Shown here: piece after piece, positions 35,327 through 48,531 of the stretch | Position numbering within the stretch: the stretch's first letter is position 1 | How the letters are laid out: each line of letters opens with the position of its first letter | NCBI RefSeq assembly: GCF_009914755.1 | Contig: NC_060940.1 | Reading direction: 5' to 3' (one strand) | DNA length: 64,000 nt | Source of the DNA: the human T2T-CHM13v2.0 reference genome, Homo sapiens | Position numbers and translations under genes: made by a program | Notes under the pieces: model-generated | What the model saw: the letters and a program-made list of their open reading frames with translations, nothing else | What the model was told of the DNA's origin: nothing | Databases searched by the model: none

Positions 35327-35429
35327 GAATATTGTTCGTTGGGCAGCCTTGGTGATATGGAGATTTTCATTTGATTGTGATTGGTAGTAATGAGATTTAA
35401 GCTATATGGTAAATTGATACAAAAAATAG

Positions 35430-35623
35430 GCTGCATTTATTCACGCGTCACACATATGCATGCCTCGGTTTTCAGTGTAACTTTGTGGCTCTTTCTATCA
35501 AGAGAAGTCTCTCTACCCCCTGAATCTAGACTGGCTTTATGGCTTGATTTGGCAAATAAAATGTAGCAGAAGTGATGGGGCGCATGTTCTGACATCGGGT
35601 CTCAATAGGATTTGTGTGTTTCT

Positions 35624-35683
<60 letters not shown>

Positions 35684-36245
35684 TCCTTTTCTTTCTTTTT
35701 TTTTTTTGACAAAGTCTTGCTTTGTTGCCAAGCTGGAGTGCAATGCGCAATCTTGGCTCACTGAAACCTCCACATCCCGAGTAGCTGTGACTACAGGCAC
35801 CACGCCCAGCTAATTTTTGTATTTTTAGTAGAAACAGGGTTTCACCATGTTGGCCAGGATGCTCTCCATCCCTTGACCTCGTGATCCACCTGCCTCGGCC
35901 TCCCAAAGTGCTGGGATTACAGGCATGAGCCATTGCGCTTGGCCTCTTCTTGCTTTCTTAGGACCTGCCATGCCTCTATGCAAAAAAAGCTGGGCTAGCC
36001 TGAGGGAGTATGAGACCTCATGGAGTGGGGAAGAGCTGTCCCAGCTGAAGTGTATTCCAGGTGAACCTGGACACAGCTGGCCTGCAAGACAGCAAATGCA
36101 TGAGTGAGCCCATCCAAGATCAGGATCGTGCAACTGAGACTAACCTTAGTTGCCAGCCCACAGAACTGTTAATTAAATAAAAATGGTTGTTGTAAGCCGG
36201 TAAGCTTTGGGGTGATTTGTTACATGGCAAAAACTAACTGATACA
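35430..36245 (+). mobile_element. MLT1-family LTR split by an Alu with (TTTC)n tail
   Basis: cccctgaatctagactggc...catgagtgagcccatccaagatcag...aactaactgataca. Confidence 0.65.
35620..35944 (-). mobile_element. Internally deleted Alu with (TTTC)n microsatellite (35620-35695)
   Basis: About 15 TTTC units followed by a reverse Alu. Confidence 0.88.
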
Positions 36246-36815
36246 TTCTGTATTTACAGGAGTCTGAGCAGAGAGACAGGGGGTCTGCAGAGTAAACAAC
36301 TGTGGGGTTTTCATCTAGTCTCCATTGATTCCTGGGGATACACTAAGTTATTTTAATCAATGTAGTTAGCTGGAAAATGCATGATCCCAAAACCTATTTT
36401 GGTTTCATAGCATAGTTGAAAGGAATTAAATTATTTAGATAATTGCTTAAACTTACTACTTCATTTGTAAACAAAAGCTACTGCGAAGCTCTTAAATTAG
36501 TGGCCACAGACTTGAATTTCACCTTTAATAAAATGACTAAAAATTGGTGTCATTTAACCCCAATTAACAGGTTTGATCATTTTTCCCTGATAAGAATTTT
36601 TTTTTAAATACCACACACACATCCCTCATAAACACAAAACTAACATTTACTAACTCCAACGTTATTTGAGAAAGTAAATTGTGACACTAATACAATGTCC
36701 AACAAATGTGAAAGGTGTTTACTCAACACATTTTGTCAGCCTTATTTTTCTCAATTTCCTATGAACCATTGAAACCTTCAACACATATTGGTATTGTTCT
36801 AGCATTTGAGAACTG

Positions 36816-37128
36816 TTTTTTTTTTTTTTTTTTTTTGAGACAGAGTTTCACTCTTGTCGACCAGGCTGGAGTGCAATGGCATGATCTCAGCTCACTGAGC
36901 TCACTGCAACTTCCGCCTCCTGGGTTCAAGCAACTCTCCTGCCTCAGCCTCCTGAGCAGCTGAGATTACACAAGCCCACCACCATGCACGACTAATTTTG
37001 GTATTTTTAGTAGAGATAGGGTTTCACCATGTTGGCCAGGCTGGTCTCGTACTCCTGACCTCAGGTGATCTGCCCGCCTCAGCCTCCCAAAGTGCTGAGA
37101 TTACAGGCGTGAGCCACCCCGCCTGGCC
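36816..37128 (-). mobile_element. AluS
   Basis: Reverse Alu; TSD agaactg. Confidence 0.9.
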
Positions 37129-37325
37129 TAAGAACTGCTTTTGAAGAATGTCTACCAAAATTCTTCCTGCTGCTTCTGAAAATGCTTACATGCGTTTAAC
37201 TATGACTTCTCAAATGCTGCCATCCCTGAGAAGCCATCCTTTCCTCTGTAAATGGAGCTAAACATCCTCTTTTAAGTTCCTGTAACCTTAACCCCTATTT
37301 CTGCTAGAGGTGCATCACCTGTTTA

Positions 37326-37465
37326 CGGGACCAGCTACAATATTGGTGGTGCTCAGTGCAAAAGTCAAAATGATTTTTCCCAGTGCCGAGCACTGAACCA
37401 AGCATGGGGCCCTTTAGAACATGGAGAACTGTGGGACTGCACAAGTCCCATACCCATAAGGCCTT
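37326..37465 (+). mobile_element. MER45A-like hAT MITE
   Basis: ccagctacaatattggtggtgctcagtgcaaaa...gactgcacaagtcccatacccataagg. Confidence 0.55.
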
Positions 37466-37809
37466 CTCTGTCTCTATATTTCATCTTCCCCTGAAGATTT
37501 TGAGATCATGGAGGGCAAAGCCCTTGTCTCAGTCATCTATCTTCCTGGACATCAGCTCATTGCCTGGCATCTTGTCATCCTTCAGGTTTACTATAGTAAG
37601 AGTGACCATTTATTAAGCACTGCTGAGGTTCTACTCGCTGGCCACCCACTTTATGCAAAGTATCAATCATCTGTAACATCCCTGGGTATAGGCACCCTTC
37701 TTATTCCCGTTTTCCAGATGAGAAAACTAAGCTTGGAGAGATTAAGTGATTTATTCAAAGTCATAGATATCCTATGAGAAAGAGCCAGAACTTAAACACA
37801 GCCATGACT

Positions 37810-38238
37810 CTGGGTTTCAGTCAATTTTGCCCCTCAGGGGACATTTGGCAACGTCTAGCAGCATTTTTGTTTGTCACAACCAGGGGGTGCTATTGGCATC
37901 TAATGGGTAGAGTACAGGGATGCTGTTAAATGTCCTACAATGAACAAGACAGCACAAGACTTTCTCACCCACATGTTCCATACAGGGGCAGATTCCCAAA
38001 AAGTACCCACCTATGGTAGTGACTGTATTTACTGACTTGATGTGTTCGGAGGAAATCGACTTTTTTTCTTTGCAGAGCAAAATGAACCCGGATGATTCTT
38101 TTCTCCTTTTAATATTTTTCAAAGGCTCAGGAAACAGGCTGGGGCAATTTTCCAGGGAGTAGCGCTTCACCTCCCGCCCACCCCAACACAGAATTATCCA
38201 CTCCAAAATGTCTATAGTGCTGAGATTGAGAAACCCTG
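37810..38238 (+). mobile_element. MER20 MITE carrying a 200-bp foreign insert (37959-38160)
   Basis: ttttgcccctcaggggacatttggcaa...cctacaatgaacaagacag [insert] acagaattatccactccaaaatgtctatagtgctgagattgagaaaccctg. Confidence 0.85.
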
Positions 38239-38465
38239 GATTGAGGGAAAACCAAAGCCTGTGCTTCCTAAACTTCAGTTTTTAGTACCAGACACTTCAC
38301 ATTGTTTTCTTTATTTTTATTTCTTTATTTGTAAATACTATAATGTTTTTTTTCCATAATTGACTTTACATTGATAGACTTAAAATTATTAACTATACAC
38401 CTTAAACATTTATTCCAGTGAATCCATGTTTGATGCATTATTATTTTCTTTCGAATACACATTGA

Positions 38466-38863
<398 letters not shown>

Positions 38864-39504
38864 TCAGACCTAGCTCACTTCTCTAAGGCTTCCCTCATCT
38901 CTTCAGGAGAGAATCAAATACATCAAATCAGCTTATTGCTTGAATCTGGCAAGGTGCTAGCTACATTTCACTTATGTTTTTTTCTCTTTTTTTTTTTTCT
39001 CCTCAAGGCTAACAGCTGCTTAAAAACCTCTTTGAAACCCTAAAAGCCACTTGAGGAGGACAATTAACAAACCACTCATTTTGGTGAGGGCCAGAGCACA
39101 TATAATTCAATTTGTTGAGTTGCTTATGAACAGTGGTTGCAATGTCCTGGTAACCAAACATCCTTTGTTATTAAGACATGGTTCCCTTCTCTAATTGTTA
39201 GGGAGTACAATTGCATTCTTTTTGCTGTGTGTACTGCAGTCTGACATAATTAAGGCTAGAGCAAATGAGATTCTTCTTTAGATATTAAAAGTGCCTGTGT
39301 TGTAAATAATAATGTCACCCTCTCTTTCATAGAAAGCACTTTCATTAAGAGCTGCATTTTAATATCAATGCGTTTGCATGAATTCATTTGGGTCATGGTG
39401 GGGGGACATTGATGATGATTTTTAATCTTCCATGAGCTCACCAGGTGTTCCAATTAGGTCATTTATAACGCCTACCCCTCCCTGCCAGGAGCCCTGAAAT
39501 AAAT

Positions 39505-39705
39505 ACTTTCTCACTCACATTTTCCATACAGGTGTTTGTTCCCAGTAAGTACCCACCCATGGTAGTAACTGTATTTACTGACTTGATATGCTCAGAGGAA
39601 ATTGACTTTTTTCTTTGCAGAGTAAAATGAACCCAGAGGATTCTTCTCTCTTTTTAATATTTTTCAAAGGCTTGGGAAACAGGCTGGGGCAATATACCAG
39701 GGAGT
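39505..39705 (+). repeat. Local direct duplication B, probable donor copy (pairs with 37959-38160)
   Basis: Colinear from actttctcac to ccagggagt. Confidence 0.92.
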
Positions 39706-42700
39706 GGTGGCCACTACAGCAGACAGGAACAGGAAGGGAATCTGGTTTGGGGAAAGCTCATGATGGGATAGGAGTTTTAAGGTTTAGAATCATTGGCACA
39801 TAAGCCACACAGGGTGGCTTTCTGCTTCCTTCCCAAGCACAAGCTCTGCGCTCTTCTTGACACAAACAGGGGGCAGTCTCTGTTAATTAAAGCGAGGAGC
39901 AGCAGTCACAGTGAGCCTCCTCTGAGGACCGGAGTCAAATGTCCAGGTGACATGCAATATTTTACAGAGATTGGAAGCAGATTCTGAAATGGACTTTTCT
40001 GTCCAGATTTTGTCTCTTTTCTCTGAAGTATTTTTTTAATCAAATTTACAAGTACCTTAAAACTCCCAACCCTTGCAGAAAGAACCCTGTGACCTACTGT
40101 TCTCCCATGTCCCCGGTTAAACTCTGCCCTAATACCTGCTGAAGTGGAGTCGGACACAGAGTGGAGGAAGAGGCTGGGGTTAGGAGTTGGGCGTCTAAAT
40201 CCAGCCCTGGTGGGGTCATTGCTGTCCATGTGATCTCCCACAAAGGTCTTAACCTCTGAGCCACAGCTTCCTGGAACATAGGAAGCCCGCTGGAGGGTCC
40301 CTTTCCATTTCCAATGTAGTATATAGAAAACTCCCACCCTTTATATACATAATGACAGCAGATACTCCATCATCCATGCCCTAAGTGTTCCTTTCCTCTT
40401 TTGGTTTAAGACAGAGTCTTGCATAAATTAATTAATACAACCCATGCATTTTTTTGAGTGTTTACCATGCTTAGAACTGTACCCCGGGGCTGCACCCTGC
40501 AGCCCCGCACAACCCCAAAGGCTCAAATCCCTGGAGTTGCGCACAGGGCTGGAGGGCGCAGCCATGGACCCGCAAGGCAGCTCCGTATGCCTGGGTTCTA
40601 GGGGCTGGGGACATGGTATGGGAGTCGAGGCCCTCTCCATTACACAGTTCACATCTCAGTGCAGGCAAACAGACGAAAACGCAAATACATAATATAGTAG
40701 GAGGTAGACAGAAAGTTTGGAGGCCTATTTCATGTAGTGGCTGGAGGGCAGTTTCTGGACTCAAATTTCTTGGGTCAAATGTCAATTCTGGCACTCATTT
40801 GGCAGAGCTACTTGGGCAACTGGTTTAACTGCTTTGGGGCTCATTCTCTCCCTCTGTTGTGTGGGCCTGGTACTATTACCTAAGGGAGAGAGAGTTACAT
40901 GAAACCAGTCACTCGGTGGTTCAGCAAATATTTCCAGACTGTCTGCTATACGCTGGGCACTGCTCTAAGCTTTCTTGAGGAGCTGCTTTTAGAAAAAGCA
41001 AGCTTAGTGAGTATGTTGCAGGCACTGAATAAATGTCAGCTCTCATTAGCTCTCACACACCAGTGCTTGTGTTTGTAGGACTCACAAGGTGGTGGTGGGC
41101 GTGGGTTGCCAGTCATGACAGACTTTCCATACTCTCCTATTTTGGGGATTCTATTATAATGAATCTGGTGAATCTGGATTAAACGTGTTCATACCTTCCC
41201 CAGATGGGTTTGGAATATAATACTCCTGGGTATGCCCTGTCAATGTCTTGCTGTGTGTTTGCAAATCTTTTTTGAAACATCAAAATGTGACTTTTTTTTT
41301 CAAAGAGAAGGGGCGATTAGCCAAACTTCTCATTTGGAGAAAACTTGCAACAGAGTCCCAACAAATCCTCCCACCCTTTCTCAATTCAGGGGACCCTAGT
41401 AAACCATTTTACATGTCGCCCAACTTTTCGTTCTCTGAAGATGCCCTGAGAAGCCCTTGACTGCAGCCAAGTGGAGAGGAGGGTTGTGGAAACATTATCT
41501 CCTTGCAAATCGCCTAGCAGCCTGCAAAGTGTATACTTAGTTAATGCAATTAAAAAACAAAACGCCGGGGCGTGGGGAGATCTAAATTTGGTGTAGCAGC
41601 TTTGGTGCAAATCCTGTTTTGGGGCTACTGGAGTCAAATTCAAGCAGAGGAGAGAAAGAGGTGGGAGAAATGAGAGAGGGCCTCCGGGGAGCTGGAATTC
41701 GCTAGGAGAGGGCAGATTTGGAAACACAGAGGAGACGGGAGGCTGGAAGCTGAGGAAGCAAGGCAGAGCTCTGCAGCCCCCGGTGAGGATTTCCGGGGGG
41801 ATCCGTGGGGACAGGGGCCAGCCAGCTCCAGAGACCGATGCGCGGGCTCCAGGTCCGGGAGGGTGGCTGAGGCTGGGTGCCCAGGCCTTGCGCTGCGCCA
41901 GATCCGGGAGCGCAGAGGCGGCGCCGCGGTGTGCCCTCCTGTGGAGCGCAGAAAACGCTGCGGGGGCGAAGAGGGACAGAAAGCGGCAGGTTCGAGAGGC
42001 TGGGGGACTTCCAAGGAAAGACCTTCCAGGACACGCCATAGCCTCGGCCTTGTTCGGCTGTCCCCTCTTACCCCCGACCTTCTTTGATTCGTTCATCCCG
42101 AGCCCCTCTCCCCCGGAGGGTGCTTATCCCTGGCTCAGGGGCTTGCCACCTGTCCTTCCCAGCTCCGCCTGGGTCCTTGCTTGGGCCCAGAGAGTTGAGC
42201 CATGCGGGTTGCGCTCAGGGCTGGAGGGCGCAGCCGGGAAGGGCAAGGAGGCCCCGCACGCCTGGGAGGGGCGATCCTGACCAGACTGCACCCAGTCTGT
42301 CTTGGAGTGAAAGCCATTTAGTCTGTCCCCATCCTCTCCGAGTCATCCTTCCCCTGATGCACAGATTTCGGCCGCCGCTCCTGCACACGCACCGGTGAAA
42401 AAGCTACGAGCTGAGCCGCCTCTGCGCTCTGGACAGGGCTGAGCCGCGCCTCCTACCCAGAGAGGGCGCGGGAGGTCCTGCCGCGGTTTTCCACCTGCCT
42501 GGAAATCCGAGCGGCTCCTCTAGCCTCGGCTGCTGCCGAGCTCGCTCCTCCCCGTCCGCTCGCCTGGCTCAGCTCTGCACGCCCCCCAGCTAGCTCCCGC
42601 TCTAGTCACCTCTTCCCCGCGCCCCCGCCCCTCTAGAGCTCGCGCCCGCCCCCCCCCCACCCGCGCCTCCTCTGCCCGCCCTCCTCCCCCTCCCCCTTCC

Positions 42701-42906
42701 CTCCTGCCCTCCCTTCATTCCACAAGTGTCGCTTCGCTCTCTTCAGCGCACTTGGCGAGCTGGTGAGGTGAGAGGGATACTGCGAGAGGGCTAGGGGCGG
42801 CCAGTCCGGGGCTGCCGGCCAAGGCTAGGCGCTGCCAGCCCGATTCTCCTCTGCTCTCCACCCCCGCCTCACCCAGTGGCCGGCCGGACCTGCACCCCGC
42901 GCTTGA

Positions 42907-43977
<1,071 letters not shown>

Positions 43978-45969
43978 ACTCTGCTCCCTCACCCTCTGGC
44001 CGCCTCCTCCCGCTGGTGACTGAGGCGGACTTGAGACACATAGCCTGGGAGCCCGTGGCCCCGAAATCTTCGGGTTTGGGGAGAGGGTCCATGGCACCCC
44101 TCGGATTCCAGGTGCTAGCTTTTTGGTAAACAGGGGCAGGCGAGCCCGAAAGGGGAGGGGGGCGTGTGTGAGCCCGAGCGCGCGTGTGTGAAGGAGGGAG
44201 GGTCAGAGTGAGTGCCGCCTGCAACTCGTACGACTCGCGAAAAGGAGACGAGGGAGGTGGAGTGAGGGGAGGGCGAGAACAAAAGCCTTGCTTGGAGCGG
44301 CCGCCTCGCTTTCCCAGAGCTTCGCGGTCCCTGGATTTGGGACCTCAGCTGCCCCCGCCCCTTTACCCACCTCATCCCTTTCTCTGGCCACCACTTCTCC
44401 CTGCCCGGGGCCGTGGCCATCGCTGCAGATTGAGCCCCTTGCCCTGGCTGGCGTGGACTCCGGGGGCCCGAGCCCCCTCCTCGCGCGCCCTCACTTCCAA
44501 GCACCCTGATTTCGTCAACTTTCGGGTTTGCCTTGTTCATTATGCAAGCCCCAGCACCAGCTAGTTCCAGCAGATGGGAGAAGGCTTTGGGGGATTAATG
44601 GAGCTATTTGCCTTTTGCTTTTTTTTTTTATTTTAAGTGTCTAAATCGATTCGCAAACTCCGTAACTTTGGAGGCGGAGGACGCAGCCACTAGGAGCACT
44701 AAGCCCCCGGCCGCGGGAGAGGCTGGGGGTTGGCGTGAGGTCCGGGCGGGCGGGGTGGAAGGAGTGACTAGCGGCCTGCGAACAGCTGGATGGTTGGGGC
44801 ATAAGCTTTAACTGTCCCCTTTCAGAGTCTGGGCAACGAAGTCGCTGTATTTTTCTCTACCCTCTCCCCACCCCTTCTTCCGCGCCCCCTCTGCCGGGGG
44901 CCTGTGTGTGTGCGCGCGTGTGTGCACGCGCTCCGTGTGATGCCTAAAAAATCTGAACAAAGAGACCCACCAAAAATAGGCAAAGGAACATCACCACCTC
45001 ACTAGTAATTATTTTCTATTTATACGCAGAGTATCCGATGAGATTTTTTTTTTTCCCCCAGAGAGAAGAGATTTTGGGGGAAGAGGTGAGGAAGTTCTCG
45101 GTTTGGGTCAGCAGGGAGCTGTGGGTGGATGGTGGGGTCTTGCTGCACAGAAGTAAGCTCCGAGGGGCTTCAAAGAAACCCTGACCTACTAAAGGAGTAA
45201 AGCTCTGGCCCCGCCCACCTTCCGCAACCACAGGGTGGCCTGTCCCCAGCCCCACCGGCCAGGCCAGTCCCTGTTAATTCCCCGGGTCTGTGTTAAGATG
45301 AGGGGAGAAGTGGTCTCAGGACTGAGGCAGCGGGTGTCGCCTTGGTAGGGAAAGATTGACTCCGAGACAGGTAGGCTGCCTTGCAGATTTGGTTAACTAC
45401 TGCTGAAATCTCCATCAAGCCCTGCCCTCGCGAACCAGCTCTTAAAAGAGTCCTCCTTGATGGTTGGCCTGACGGGAGGTGAGCAGGTGGGGAGAGGAGC
45501 TAACCTTTGGGCATCTGTGGGAGAAAGTGATGCTAGATCAGCCCTCTTTGATCTGGGCGTTCTGGTGACAGCTCTCTACCGGTTACCCAAGGGCCCAACT
45601 TCCTGGTCCTGCCCCCGTGCAGCTCTGCTGGGGGAAAAATGAACACAGCTGAGCGGGTTGCAGCTACTTTCTTCTGCAGGTATAGGGAGGGTCGGCCTGG
45701 TGGCAGAATCTAGGGGACCCAGTCCTAGGGTACCAGAGCCTCAACACAGGTCCTCCCAGTATACATTTTTGAGAATTCCAGAATGGAGTGGAAGTGCATA
45801 CTCCCGAAAAGAGAGTTGTTGATTTTTACTGGCAGCTTCTAAGGTATGATTTTCAACTGTAACTGCTGTGTAGTATTACCTAGAATGTTTTATAAAAAAA
45901 ATCCTGTCACCAGGGGTCCCACCCTAGGCTACTTAGATCCAAATCTCTAGGGTGGGACCTGAGCATCTG

Positions 45970-46116
45970 TATTATTATTTATTTATTTTTTGTATTTTTA
46001 GTAGAGACGGGTTTTCACCATGTTGGCCAGGCAGGTTTTGAACTCCTGACCTCCAGTGATCCTCCCACCTCAGCCTCCCAAAGTGCTAGGACTACAGGCA
46101 TGAGCCACTGTGCCCG
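45970..46116 (-). mobile_element. Alu monomer inside a MER5-like element (~45860-46170)
   Basis: Left-arm-only Alu flanked by gcatctg. Confidence 0.8.
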
Positions 46117-46649
46117 ATTGCATCTGCACCTTGAAAAGCTCTCCAGGTGATGCTAATGTGCAGCCAATCGCTGTTAAGGAAAAGGAACTAATGCCTGCTG
46201 AGCACTGTGCAGGGAGCCAGGCACTGTACTGGGGTGTGTGTGTGTGTGCAAGTAAACACTCTCTCATTTAGTTCTCACAACTATCTTATGAGACAGGTAC
46301 TATTTTAATATTCACATACATGCAAGAAAATCATGGCTCAGGTGAGGTGCTGTGTCCAAGATCACACAGTTAGGAAATTATGCATTACCAGTCTCCTGGT
46401 TTTAATTGTGTCTGGGACAGATGTTTTCAGATTGAATAAACATCAGGATCTGGGGCAGTGTCCTAAAATGCAGATTCTTGAGTTCTATCCACAGAGATTG
46501 TGAATCAATAGGTTCTGGGTGGGCCCGAGAAATCTTCATTTAACAACCCCCACTCCCCTAATGGCTTTGAGATAAAGTGGTCCACACTTGGGGAAACATT
46601 GGTCTTGGGTTTGGGGATATTTCACAGGGCTGATGGAGGGATAAATTAA

Positions 46650-47002
<353 letters not shown>

Positions 47003-47226
47003 GTATTTGTATTCTGTTGCTTGTTTCTCAACGTATGTAACTTTTCTGTGGTGCTGGGGCTACCCCAGGTACCTGCCAAATGCATCCTGGGCTGCTTACG
47101 CAGTTAATCACTTGGAGTCCCAGCTATGGCAACTGACCCAGTAGCCTTTGCCGGATTGTGCCAAGGGTTGCTCCAGTGGGTGTCAACTTGCCAAGCTTGG
47201 CATCAGAGAGGCTGCTATGACACAAA

Positions 47227-47296
47227 GCAGCTTCCAGGTGAAATTAACCTGCCAGTCACAGGCAGCTTCCAGGTGAAATTAACCTGCCAGTCACAG
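47227..47296 (+). repeat. Perfect 35-bp tandem duplication
   Basis: gcagcttccaggtgaaattaacctgccagtcacag x2. Confidence 0.95.
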
Positions 47297-47846
47297 CCTC
47301 TTAATTTTTGTCTGGAGCTGCAAGGGACCCTGAATGGGGGTTTGTTCTCATCCAGACTGAAAGCATATTCTCTTGAAAGACATAAAGTATGTTGTCGCAC
47401 CCCCATTATAAACTTTGCCCCTAGTGACCAGTAAACTTGGGTTTTGCTGCAGAGGCCTCCAAGATACCAGTTTGCAGGTTCAGAGTCCTGGGCCTGTGGC
47501 CTGCTTGCTTCTGGGCTAATTAGGGCTGAGAAAAGGAGAAAGACAGCAATTCCAGGAAGCGGTGGGGGGAGGCTCGCATGGGATCTCGTAAGAACCGAAC
47601 AAATGCCCATTGAGCAGCTGCAAGAGCAGCCACAGTCAGTCACTATTTATTAGAATAAATGACTGCACATGGCAGCCAGCTATGGATACCAAACCATGTA
47701 GTCATGCTTTGCTTGATCTGCAAGGTATTTCTACTTAGGTGTTTTTATTTTTAAGTTTTCCTCAATTTTGTGTTGTGAGAAGTTTTAAACATACAAAAAA
47801 ACCTTGAAAAATCATAACATAACTTCACTATATCCTTTATCTAGAT

Positions 47847-48043
47847 GAGGATTTCTCAACCTTGGCACTATTGACTGGAGAATCCTGCGTTGTACGGGGC
47901 TGTCCTGTGCATGGCAAGATATTTGGCGGCGTCTCTGGTCTCTGCCCACTGATGCTGGTAGCACACACTCCACACCCCAGTTTTGACAGTGAAAAATGTC
48001 ATCTAAGGGCAAAGGGCAAAACTGGCCCCAGTTGAGAACCACT
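47847..48043 (-). mobile_element. MER20 MITE
   Basis: tttctcaaccttggcactattgac...ccagttgagaaccact. Confidence 0.8.
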
Positions 48044-48111
48044 AACTTAGATTGAACAGTTATTAGTATTTTGTCATAGTTGCTTTATTGCTCACACACT
48101 CTTTCCATATT

Positions 48112-48531
48112 TTTTTCTTTCCCTTCTCCTTCCCTCCATCCCCCTTCCCCCTTCCCTCCTTCCCTCCCTCCCTTCCTCCTTTGTTTTTTCCTTCCTTCCT
48201 TATTTCCTTCCTTCCTCTCTTCCTTTCTTCTTTTCTTCCTTTCCCTCCCTCCCTCCCTCCCTCCTTCCCTCCATCCCCCTTCCACCCTTCCCTCCCTCCG
48301 TCCCTCCCTCCCTCCCTTCCTTGCTTCCTTCCTCCTTTCTTTCCTCTCTTCCCTTCCTACCCTTCTTCCTTCTGTCTTCTTCCCTTCCTCCCTTCTTTCC
48401 TTCTTTTTTCCTTCCTCCCTTCCCTTTTCTCCCTTCTCTTTCCTTCCTTCCCCTCCCCTCTTCTCATCTTCTTCCCTTCCTCATTTTCTTCCTTCCCTCT
48501 TCCCCTCCCTCCCTTTCTTCTTTCTTTCTTG
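48112..48531. repeat. ~420-bp polypyrimidine/polypurine tract
   Basis: Nearly all C/T, built from CCCT/CCTT/CTT units. Confidence 0.95.

Noticed and set aside
42420-42440. Possible REST/RE1 site (tctgcgctctggacagggct)
   Set aside because: The right half GGACAG matches but the left half fits TCAGCACC at only 5/8; too degenerate to call without ChIP data.
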